Below are positions 13,001 to 24,700 of a DNA stretch of 36,967 bases, piece after piece. This DNA is from Utricularia gibba. Taxonomy: Eukaryota; Plantae; Magnoliophyta. The first letter of the stretch is position 1; each line of letters starts with the position of its first letter. The DNA lies in NCBI GenBank assembly GCA_002189035.1, contig NEEC01000404.1, positions 1 through 36,967 on the forward strand. Reading direction: 5' to 3'. The notes beneath the pieces are model-generated. The model was given only the letters and a program-made list of their open reading frames with translations, searched no databases and was not told the DNA's origin. The position numbers were made by a program, and so were the translations under genes.

Positions 13001-16000
13001 TATCATAGCAACTAAATGCATCAATCAAAAGCCAAAACATATGGTGTCAGACTTCATCTACTATGCGATCAAGTTGGAAAAAAGTCACATGCTACATCAT
13101 GAATTTCGTGGCATCACTTATCCCAACACTGTTATATAATCTGGATATGCGTAATATTTATTTTTAATGAATCCGGTGCACGTGTGATTTTTAGGCTGCA
13201 CCCGAATGATGATGCGCAATGAAACTATGCGCACATCCTGGTCCGCGAAGCACCTCTCGCATAACATGCAGATCCTTGCTCTTCATAGCACACTGTTGGG
13301 AAGCCCTATTCGAGCTCCAAGTATTATAATTTGGAGTTACGTTTGTCCGATAACTGTGGACATATTAAAAAACAAGAAAAGTGTCTCACGTGGCATTCCG
13401 TGGTGACTGCATTTAATAATGTGCTTCATGTTCTCGAAATTGATGCGAACAACATACAAGTCAAAAGAATCAAATAGCCCTAGAGACATGGTATACGGGA
13501 ATGGTGCATCAAGAATCAGAAGTATCATAGCAACTAAATGCATCAATCAAAGCCAAAACATATGGTGTCAGACTTCATCTACTATGCGATCAAGTTGGAA
13601 AAAGTCACATGCTACATCATGAATTTCGTGGCATCACTTATCCCAACACTGTTATATAATCTGGATATGCGTAAATATTTATTTTTAATGAATCCGGTGC
13701 ACGTGTGATTTTTAGGCTGCACCCCGAATGATGATGCGCAATGAAGGACTATGTCGCACATCCTGTCCGCGAAGCACCTCTCGCATAACATGCAGATCCT
13801 TGCTCTTCATAGCACACTGTTGGGAAGCCCTATTCGAGCTCCAAGTATTATAATTTGGAGTTACGTTTGTCCGATAACTGTGGACATATTAAAAAACCAC
13901 AACGAAAAGTGTCTCACGTGGCATTCCGTGGTGACTGCATTTAATAATGTGCTTCTTGTTCTCGAAATTGATGGAACAACATACAAGGCAAAAGAATCAA
14001 ATAGCCCCTAGAGACATGGTATACGGGAATGGTGCATCAAGAATCAGAAGTATCATAGCAACTAAATGCATCAATCAAAGCCAAAACATATGGTGTCAGA
14101 CTTCATCTACTATGCGATCAAGTTGGAAAAAAGTCACATGCTACATCATGAATTTCGTGGCATCACTTATCCCAACACTGTTATATAATCTGGATATGCG
14201 TAAATATTTATTTTTAATGAATCCGGTGCACGTGTGATTTTTAGGCTGCACCCCGAATGATGATGCGCAATGAATGACTATGTCGCACATCCTTCCGCGA
14301 AGCACCTCTCGCATAACATGCAGATCCTTGCTCTTCATAGCACACTGTTGGGAAGCCCTATTCGAGCTCCAAGTATTATAATTTGGAGTTACGTTTGTCC
14401 GATAACTGTGGACATATTAAAAAAGCCACAACGAAAAGTGTCTCACGTGGCATTCCGTGGTGACTGCTTTAATAATGTGCTTCATGTTCTCGAAATTGAT
14501 GCGAACAACATACAAGTCAAAAGATCAAATAGCCTAGAGACATGGTATACGGGAATGGTGCATCAAGAATCAGAAGTATCATAGCAACTAAATGCATCAA
14601 TCAAAGCCAAAACATATGGTGTCAGACTTCATCTACTATGCGATCAAGTTGGAAAAAAGTCACATGCTACATATGAATTTCGTGGCATCACTTATCCCAA
14701 CACTGTTATATATCTGGATATGCGTAAATATTTTTTTAATGAATCCGGTGCACGTGTGATTTTTAGGCTGCACCCCGAATGATGATGCGCAATGAAATGA
14801 CTATGTCGCACATCCTGGTCCGCGAAGCACCTCTCGCATAACATGCAGATCCTTGCTCTCATAGCACACTGTTGGGAAGCCCTATTCGAGCTCCAAGTAT
14901 TATAATTTGGAGTTACGTTTGTCCGATAACTGTGGACATATTAAAAACAGCCACAACGAAAAGTGTCTCACGTGGCATTCCGTGGTGACTGCTTTTAATA
15001 ATGTGCTTCATGTTCTCGAAATTGATGCGAACAACATACAAGAAAAGAATCAAATAGCCTAGAGACATGGTATACGGGAATGGTGCATCAAGAATCAGAA
15101 GTATCATAGCAAAAATGCATCAATCAAAGCCAAAACATATGGTGTCAGACTTCATCTACTATGCGATCAAGTTGGAAAAAAGTCACATGCTACATCATGA
15201 ATTTCGTGGCATCACTTATCCCAACACTGTTATATAATCTGGATATGCGTAATATTTATTTTTAATGAATCCGGTGCACGTGTGATTTTTAGGCTGCACC
15301 CGAATGATGATGCGCAATGAAATGACTACGCACATCCTGGTCCGCGAAGCACCTCTCGCATAACATGCAGATCCTTGCTCTTCATAGCACTGTTGGGAAG
15401 CCCTATTCGAGCTCCAAGTATTATAATTTGGAGTTACGTTTGTCCGATAACTGTGGACATATTAAAAAAGCCACAACGAAAAGTGTCTCACGTGGCATTC
15501 CGTGGTGACTGCATTTAATAATGTGCTTCATGTTCTCGAAATTGATGCGAAACAACATACAAGTCAAAAGAATCAAATAGCCCTAGAGACATGGTATACG
15601 GGAATGGTGCATCAAGAATCAGAAGTATCATAGCAACTAAATGCATCAATCAAAGCCAAAACATATGGTGTCAGACTTCATCTACTATGCGATCAAGTTG
15701 GAAAAAAGTCACATGCTACATAATGAATTTCGTGGCATCACTTATCCCAACACTGTTATATAATCTGGATATGCGTAAATATTTATTTTTAATGAATCCG
15801 GTGCACGTGTGATTTTTAGGCTGCACCCCGAATGATGATGCGCAATGAAGCGACTATGCCGCACATCCTGGTCCGCGAAGCACCTCTCGCATAACATGCA
15901 GATCCTTGCTCTTCATAGCACACTGTTGGGAAGCCCTATTCGAGCTCCAAGTATTATAATTTGGAGTTACGTTTGTCCGATAACTGTGGACATATTAAAA

Positions 16001-19000
16001 AACCACAACGAAAAGTGTCTCACGTGGCATTCCGTGGTGACTGCTTTAATAATGTGCTTCATGTTCTCGAATTGATGCGAACAACATACAAGGAAAAGAA
16101 TCAAATAGCCTAGAGACATGGTATACGGGAATGGTGCATCAAGAATCAGAAGTATCATAGCAACTAAATGCATCAATCAAAAGCCAAAACATATGGTGTC
16201 AGACTTCATCTACTATGCGATCAAGTTGGAAAAAAGTCATGCTACATAATGAATTTCGTGGCATCACTTATCCAACACTGTTATATAATCTGGATATGCG
16301 TAAATATTTATTTTTAATGAATCCGGTGCACGTGTGATTTTTAGGCTGCACCCCGAATGATGATGCGCAATGAAATGACTATGTCGCACATCCTGGTCCG
16401 CGAAGCACTCTCGCATAATGCAGATCCTTGCTCTTCATAGCACACTGTTGGGAAGCCCTATTCGAGCTCCAAGTATTATAATTTGGAGTTACGTTTGTCC
16501 GATAACTGTGGACATATTAAAAACCACAACGAAAAGTGTCTCACGTGGCATTCCGTGGTGATGCATTTAATAATGTGCTTCTTGTTCTCGAAATTTGATG
16601 CGAACAACATACAAGTCAAAAGAATCAAATAGCCACTAGAGACATGGTATACGGGAATGGTGCATCAAGAATCAGAAGTATCATAGCAACTAAATGCATC
16701 AATCAACAGCCAAAACATATGGTGTCAGACTTCATCTACTATGCGATCAAGTTGGAAAAAAGTCACATGCTACATCATGAATTTCGTGGCATCACTTATC
16801 CCAACACTGTTATATAATCTGGATATGCGTAAATATTTATTTTTAATGAATCCGGTGCACGTGTGATTTTTAGGCTGCACCCCGAATGATGATGCGCAAT
16901 GAAATGACTATGTCGCACATCCTGGTCCGCGAAGCACCTCTCGCATAACATGCAGATCCTTGCTCTTCATAGCACACTGTTGGGAAGCCCTATTCGAGCT
17001 CCAAGTATTATAATTTGGAGTTACGTTTGTCCGATAACTGTGGACATATTAAAAACAAGCCACAACGAAAAGTGTCTCACGTGGCATTCCGTGGTGACTG
17101 CATTTAATAATGTGCTTCATGTTCTCGAAATTGATGCGAACAACATACAAGTCAAAAGAATCAAATAGCCCTAGAGACATGGTATACGGGAATGGTGCAT
17201 CAAGAATCAGAAGTATCATAGCAACTAAATGCATCAATCAAAAGCCAAAACATATGGTGTCAGAATTCATCTACTATGCGATCAAGTTGGAAAAAGTCAC
17301 ATGCTACATAATGAATTTCGTGGCATCACTTATCCCAACACTGTTATATAATCTGGATATGCGTAAATATTTATTTTTAATGAATCCGGTGCACGTGTGA
17401 TTTTTAGGCTGCACCCCGAATGATGATGCGCAATGAAGCGACTATGCGCACATCCTGGTCCGCGAAGCACCTCTCGCATAACATGCAGATCCTTGCTCTT
17501 CATAGCACACTGTTGGGAAGCCCTATTCGAGCTCCAAGTATTATAATTTGGAGTTACGTTTGTCCGATAACTGTGGACATATTAAAAAGGGCCACAACGA
17601 AAAGTGTCTCACGTGGCATTCCGTGGTGACTGCATTTAATAATGTGCTTCATGTTCTCGAAATTGATGGAACAACATACAAGTCAAAAGAATCAAATAGC
17701 CTAGAGACATGGTATACGGGAATGGTGCATCAAGAATCAGAAGTATCATAGCAACTAAATGCATCAATCAAAAGCCAAAACATATGGTGTCAGACTTCAT
17801 CTACTATGCGATCAAGTTGGAAAAAGTCACATGCTACATCATGAATTTCGTGGCATCACTTATCCCAACACTGTTATATAATCTGGATATGCGTAAATAT
17901 TTATTTTTAATGAATCCGGTGCACGTGTGATTTTTAGGCTGCACCCGAATGATGATGCGCAATGAAATGACTATGTCGCACATCCTGGTCCGCGAAGCAC
18001 CTCTCGCATAACATGCAGATCCTTGCTCTTCATAGCACACTGTTGGGAAGCCCTATTCGAGCTCCAAGTATTATAATTTGGAGTTACGTTTGTCCGATAA
18101 CTGTGGACATATTAAAAAAGGGCCACAACGAAAAGTGTCTCACGTGGCATTCCGTGGTGACTGCTTTTAATAATGTGCTTCATGTTCTCGAAATTGATGC
18201 GAACAACATACAAGGAAAAAGAATCAAATAGCCCTAGAGACATGGTATACGGGAATGGTGCATCAAGAATCAGAAGTATCATAGCAACTAAATGCATCAA
18301 TCAAAAGCCAAAACATATGGTGTCAGACTTCATCTACTATGCGATCAAGTTGGAAAAAAGTCACATGCTACATCATGAATTTCGTGGCATCACTTATCCC
18401 AACACTGTTATATAATCTGGATATGCGTAAATATTTATTTTTAATGAATCCGGTGCACGTGTGATTTTTAGGCTGCACCCCGAATGATGATGCGCAATGA
18501 AATGACTATGTCGCACATCCTGGTCCGCGAAGCACCTCTCGCATAACATGCAGATCCTTGCTCTTCATAGCACACTGTTGGGAAGCCCTATTCGAGCTCC
18601 AAGTATTATAATTTGGAGTTACGTTTGTCCGATAACTGTGGACATATTAAAAACAAGCCACAACGAAAAGTGTCTCACGTGGCATTCCGTGGTGACTGCA
18701 TTTAATAATGTGCTTCATGTTCTCGAAATTGATGCGAACAACATACAAGGAAAAAGAATCAAATAGCCCTAGAGACATGGTATACGGGAATGGTGCATCA
18801 AGAATCAGAAGTATCATAGCAACTAAATGCATCAATCAAAAGCCAAAACATATGGTGTCAGACTTCATCTACTATGCGATCAAGTTGGAAAAAGTCACAT
18901 GCTACATAATGAATTTCGTGGCATCACTTATCCCAACACTGTTATATAATCTGGATATGCGTAAATATTTATTTTTAATGAATCCGGTGCACGTGATTTT

Positions 19001-20630
19001 TAGGCTGCACCCCGAATGATGATGCGCAATGAAGCGACTATGCGCACATCCTGGTCCGCGAAGCACCTCTCGCATAACATGCAGATCCTTGCTCTTCATA
19101 GCACACTGTTGGGAAGCCCTATTCGAGCTCCAAGTATTATAATTTGGAGTTACGTTTGTCCGATAACTGTGGACATATTAAAAACAAGCCACAACGAAAA
19201 GTGTCTCACGTGGCATTCCGTGGTGACTGCATTTAATAATGTGCTTCTTGTTCTCGAAATTGATGGAAACAACATACAAGTCAAAAGAATCAAATAGCCA
19301 CTAGACATGGTATACGGGAATGGTGCATCAAGAATCAGAAGTATCATAGCAACTAAATGCATCAATCAACAGCCAAAACATATGGTGTCAGACTTTATCT
19401 ACTATGCGATCAAGTTGGAAAAAAGTCACATGCTACATCATGAATTTCGTGGCATCACTTATCCCAACTGTTATAATCTGGATATGCGTAAATATTTATT
19501 TTTAATGAATCCGGTGCACGTGTGATTTTTAGGCTGCACCCCGAATGATGATGCGCAATGAAGACTATGTCGCACATCCTGGTCCGCGAAGCACCTCTCG
19601 CATAACATGCAGATCCTTGCTCTTCATAGCACACTGTTGGGAAGCCCTATTCGAGCTCCAAGTATTATAATTTGGAGTTACGTTTGTCCGATAACTGTGG
19701 ACATATTAAAAAAGCCACAACGAAAAGTGTCTCACGTGGCATTCCGTGGTGACTTGCATTTAATAATGTGCTTCATGTTCTCGAAATTGATGGAACAACA
19801 TACAAGTCAAAAGAATCAAATAGCCCTAGAGACATGGTATACGGGAATGGTGCATCAAGAATCAGAAGTATCATAGCAACTAAATGCATCAATCAAAAGC
19901 CAAAACATATGGTGTCAGACTTCATCTACTATGCGATCAAGTTGGAAAAAAGTCACATGCTACATAATGAATTTCGTGGCATCACTTATCCCAACACTGT
20001 TATATAATCTGGATATGCGTAAATATTTATTTTTAATGAATCCGGTGCACGTGTGATTTTTGCACCCCGAATGATGATGCGCAATGAAGCGACTATGCGC
20101 ACATCCTGGTCCGCGAAGCACCTCTCGCATAACATGCAGATCCTTGCTCTTCATAGCACACTGTTGGGAAGCCCTATTCGAGCTCCAAGTATTATAATTT
20201 GGAGTTACGTTTGTCCGATAACTGTGGACATATTAAAAAGGGCCACAACGAAAAGTGTCTCACGTGGCATTCCGTGGTGACTGCATTTAATAATGTGCTT
20301 CTTGTTCTCGAAATTGATGGAACAACATACAAGTCAAAAGAATCAAATAGCCACTAGAGACATGGTATACGGGAATGGTGCATCAAGAATCAGAAGTATC
20401 ATAGCAACTAAATGCATCAATCAACAGCCAAAACATATGGTGTCAGACTTCATCTACTATGCGATCAAGTTGGAAAAAGTCACATGCTACATCATGAATT
20501 TCGTGGCATCACTTATCCCAACACTGTTATATAATCTGGATATGCGTAAATATTTATTTTTAATGAATCCGGTGCACGTGTGATTTTTAGCTGCACCCCG
20601 AATGATGATGCGCAATGAAATGACTACGTC
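10057..20630. repeat. Distal sub-block of left block (CCTGGT/CTCGC/GGCTGC essentially fixed, new segregating variants)
   Basis: Variants largely restricted to this interval within the left block: AAAGGGCC, GACTGCATTT, CTTCTTGTT, GATGGAAC, CTACATAATG, GAAGCGACT, ACTATGCGC. A few also occur once earlier. The boundary is approximate. Confidence 0.65.
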
Positions 20631-20730
20631 GCACATCCTAATCCGCGAAGCACCTCTTGCATAACATGCAGATCCTTGCTCTTCATAGCACACTGTTGGG
20701 AAGCCCTATTCGAGCTCCAAGTATTTAATT

Positions 20731-20874
20731 TGGAGTTACGTTTGTCCGATAACTGTGGACATATTAAAAAAGCCACAACGAAAAGTGTCTCACGTGGCAT
20801 TTGGAGTTACGTTTGTCCGATAACTGTGGACATATTAAAAACAAGCCACAACGAAAAGTGTCTCACGTGGCATT
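20731..20874 (+). repeat. Out-of-register junction: tandem duplication of a ~71-73-bp monomer segment (TGGAGTTACG...CACGTGGCATT)
   Basis: Copy 1 is 20731-20801 and copy 2 is 20802-20874. The join reads CACGTGGC-ATT-TGGAG instead of CACGTGGC-ATT-CCG. The GAGCTC interval across it is 602 bp versus ~530 elsewhere. Confidence 0.95.
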
Positions 20875-21234
20875 CCGTGGTGACTGCATTTAATAATGTG
20901 CTTCATGTTCTCGAAATTGATGCGAACAACATACAAGGCAAAAGAATCAAATAGCCACTAGAGACATGGTATACGGGAATGGTGCATCAAGAATCAGAAG
21001 TATCATAGCAACTAAATGCATCAATCAAGCCAAAACATATGGTGTCAGAATTCATCTACTATGCGATCAAGTTGGAAAAAAGTCACATGCTACATCATGA
21101 ATTTCGTGGCATCACTTATCCCAACACTGTTATATACTCTGGATATGCGTAAATATTTATTTTTAATGAATCCGTGCACGTGTGATTTTTAGGATGCACC
21201 CGAATGATGATGCGCAATGAAATGACTACGTCGC

Positions 21235-21769
21235 ACATCCTGGTCCGCGAAGCACCTCTTGCATAACATGCAGATCCTTGCTCTTCATAGCACACTGTTG
21301 GGAAGCCCTTTTCGAGCTCCAAGTATTATAATTTGGAGTTACGTTTGTCCGATAACTGTGGACATATTAAAAACAAGCCACAACGAAAAGTGTCTCACGT
21401 GGCATTCCGTGGTGACTGCATTTAATAATGTGCTTCATGTTCTCGAAATTGATGCGAACAACATACAAGGCAAAAGAATCAAATAGCCACTAGAGACATG
21501 GTATACGGGAATGGTGCATCAAGAATCAGAAGTATCATAGCAACTAAATGCATCAATCAAAAGCCAAAACATATGGTGTCAGAATTCATCTACTATGCGA
21601 TCAAGTTGGAAAAAAGTCACATGCTACATCATGAATTTCGTGGCATCACTTATCCCAACACTGTTATACACTCTGGATATGCGTAAATATTTATTTTTAA
21701 TGAATCCCGTGCACGTGTGATTTTTAGGATGCACCCGAATGATGATGCGCAATGAAATGACTACGTCGC
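21235..21769 (+). repeat. Representative near-complete monomer (535 bp; one C short in the GCACCCCG run relative to the 536-bp consensus)
   Basis: Runs from ACATCCTGGT at 21235 to the base before the next ACATCCTGGT at 21770. The start point is arbitrary and chosen to match the window start. Confidence 0.9.
21317..21338. other. Imperfect palindrome CTCCAA(GT)ATTA|TAAT-TTGGAG, one per monomer (example copy)
   Basis: Ten-bp arms (CTCCAA/TTGGAG plus the palindromic ATTATAAT core) with a 2-nt bulge, read directly from sequence. Function unknown. Confidence 0.6.
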
Positions 21770-24700
21770 ACATCCTGGTCCGCGAAGCACCTCTTGCATA
21801 ACATGCAGATCCTTGCTCTTCATAGCACACTGTTGGGAAGCCCTTTTCGAGCTCCAAGTATTATAATTTGGAGTTACGTTTGTCCGATAACTGTGGACAT
21901 ATTAAAAACAAGCCACAACGAAAAGTGTCTCACGTGGCATTCCGTGGTGACTGCATTTAATAATGTGCTTCATGTTCTCGAAATTGATGAAACATACAAG
22001 GCAAAAGAATCAAATAGCCACTAGAGACATGGTATACGGGAATGGTGCATCAAGAATCAGAAGTATCATAGCAACTAAATGCATCAATCAAAGCCAAAAC
22101 ATATGGTGTCAGAATTCATCTACTATGCGATCAAGTTGGAAAAAAGTCACATGCTACATCATGAATTTCGTGGCATCACTTATCCCAACACTGTTATACA
22201 CTCTGGATATGCGTAAATATTTATTTTTAATGAATCCCGTGCACGTGTGATTTTTAGGATGCACCCCGAATGATGATGCGCAATGAAATGACTACGTCGC
22301 ACATCCTGGTCCGCGAAGCACCTCTTGCATAACATGCAGATCCTTGCTCTTCATAGCACACTGTTGGGAAGCCCTTTTCGAGCTCCAAGTATTATAATTT
22401 GGAGTTACGTTTGTCCGATAACTGTGGACATATTAAAAACAAGCCACAACGAAAAGTGTCTCACGTGGCATTCCGTGGTGACTGCATTTAATAATGTGCT
22501 TCATGTTCTCGAATTGATGCGAACAACATACAAGGCAAAAGAATCAAATAGCCACTAGAGACATGGTATACGGGAATGGTGCATCAAGAATCAGAAGTAT
22601 CATAGCAACTAAATGCATCAATCAAAAGCCAAAACATATGGTGTCAGAATTCATCTACTATGCGATCAAGTTGGAAAAAAGTCACATGCTACATCATGAA
22701 TTTCGTGGCATCACTTATCCCAACACTGTTATATACTCTGGATATGCGTAAATATTTATTTTTAATGAATCCCGTGCACGTGTGATTTTTAGGATGCACC
22801 CCGAATGATGATGCGCAATGAAATGACTACGTCGCACATCCTGGTCCGCGAAGCACCTCTTGCATAACATGCAGATCCTTGCTCTTCATAGCACACTGTT
22901 GGGAAGCCCTTTTCGAGCTCCAAGTATTATAATTTGGAGTTACGTTTGTCCGATAACTGTGGACATATTAAAAACAAGCCACAACGAAAAGTGTCTCACG
23001 TGGCATTCCGTGGTGATTGCATTTAATAATGTGCTTCATGTTCTCGAAATTGATGCGAACAACATACAAGGCAAAAGAATCAAATAGCCACTAGAGACAT
23101 GGTATACGGGAATGGTGCATCAAGAATCAGAAGTATCATAGCAACTAAATGCATCAATCAAAAGCCAAAACATATGGTGTCAGAATTCATCTACTATGCG
23201 ATCAAGTTGGAAAAAAGTCACATGCTACATCATGAATTTCGTGGCATCACTTATCCAACACTGTTATACACTCTGGATATGCGTAAATATTTATTTTTAA
23301 TGAATCCGTGCACGTGTGATTTTTAGGATGCACCCCGAATGATGATGCGCAATGAAATGACTACGTCGCACATCCTGGTCCGCGAAGCACCTCTTGCATA
23401 ACATGCAGATCCTTGCTCTTCATAGCACACTGTTGGAAGCCCTTTTCGAGCTCCAAGTATTATAATTTGGAGTTACGTTTGTCCGATAACTGTGGACATA
23501 TTAAAAACAAGCCCAAACGAAAAGTGTCTCACGTGGCATTCCGTGGTGACTGCATTTAATAATGTGCTTCATGTTCTCGAAATTGATGCGAACAACATAC
23601 AAGGCAAAAGAATCAAATAGCCACTAGAGACATGGTATACGGGAATGGTGCATCAAGAATCAGAAGTATCATAGCAACTAAATGCATCAATCAAAAGCCA
23701 AAACATATGGTGTCAGAATTCATCTACTATGCGATCAAGTTGGAAAAAAGTCACATGCTACATCATGAATTTCGTGGCATCACTTATCCAACACTGTTAT
23801 ACACTCTGGATATGCGTAAATATTTATTTTTAATGAATCCGTGCACGTGTGATTTTTAGGATGCACCCCGAATGATGATGCGCAATGAAATGACTACGTC
23901 GCACATCCTGGTCCGCGAAGCACCTCTTGCATAACATGCAGATCCTTGCTCTTCATAGCACAGTGTTGGGAAGCCCTTTTCGAGCTCCAAGTATTATAAT
24001 TTGGAGTTACGTTTGTCCGATAACTGTGGACATATTAAAAACAAGCCACAACGAAAAGTGTCTCACGTGGCATTCCGTGGTGACTGCATTTAATAATGTG
24101 CTTCATGTTCTCGAAATTGATGCGAACAACATACAAGGCAAAAGAATCAAATAGCCACTAGAGACATGGTATACGGGAATGGTGCATCAAGAATCAGAAG
24201 TATCATAGCAACTAAATGCATCAATCAAAAGCCAAAACATATGGTGTCAGAATTCATCTACTATGCGATCAAGTTGGAAAAAAGTCACATGCTACATCAT
24301 GAATTTCGTGGCATCACTTATCCCAACACTGTTATATACTCTGGATATGCGTAAATATTTATTTTTAATGAATCCGTGCACGTGTGATTTTTAGGATGCA
24401 CCCCGAATGATGATGCGCAATGAAATGACTACGTCGCACATCCTGGTCCGCGAAGCACCTCTTGCATAACATGCAGATCCTTGCTCTTCATAGCACACTG
24501 TTGGGAAGCCCTTTTCGAGCTCCAAGTATTATAATTTGGAGTTACGTTTGTCCGATAACTGTGGACATATTAAAAACAAGCCACAACGAAAAGTGTCTCA
24601 CGTGGCATTCCGTGGTGACTGCATTTAATAATGTGCTTCATGTTCTCGAAATTGATGCGAACAACATACAAGGCAAAAGAATCAAATAGCCACTAGAGAC

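Larger units (their letters stand above)
1..20801. repeat. Left haplotype block (40 monomers, heterogeneous)
   Basis: Monomers carry CCCTATTCG, CAGACTTC (one exception at 17263), TTATATAATCTGG and AATCCGGTGC. About 15 further sites segregate among copies (e.g. CCTGGT/CCTAAT, CTCGC/CTTGC, GGC/GGA/GTC, GGATGC/GGCTGC). Confidence 0.9.

Noticed and set aside
21259-21486. Recurrent 72-75 aa ORF (MQILALHSTLLGSP...GKRIK) as a tandem gene
   Set aside because: No recognisable domain. Recurrent substitutions in it are mostly nonsynonymous (I/F, V/L, T/I, A/G, H/L, G/V), the opposite of purifying selection. Recurrence simply reflects the DNA repeat.
21494-21510. CENP-B box
   Set aside because: AGACATGGTATACGGGA has the A and CGGG but not the TTCG of the NTTCGNNNNANNCGGGN core. 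The minus-strand TTTCGTTG has TTCG but lacks the rest.
21498-21686. Recurrent 58-62 aa ORF (MVYGNGASRIRSII...)
   Set aside because: No recognisable domain. Variants are nonsynonymous (K/Q, D/E, H/N) and the stop differs between blocks (TAA on the left, read-through to a later stop on the right).
21719-21729. Telomeric repeat (GATTTTTAGGA)
   Set aside because: One TTTAGG-like hexamer per monomer, not a tandem telomere tract.
21235-21769. Internal subrepeat structure (536 is about 3 x 179) or phased A-tract curvature
   Set aside because: Only short internal matches were found (TGCATCAA x2, AAGAATCA x2, ATGCG x4), with no ~179- or ~268-bp period, and A-tracts are not evidently spaced at 10-11 bp. 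A self dot-plot and curvature prediction would settle it.
21235-21769. Enrichment of 6-bp palindromes (GAGCTC, CACGTG x2, GTATAC, ATGCAT, CATATG, TCATGA, GTGCAC, TGCGCA, TAAATATTTA)
   Set aside because: About a dozen observed versus roughly 8-10 expected by chance in 536 bp; not clearly enriched.
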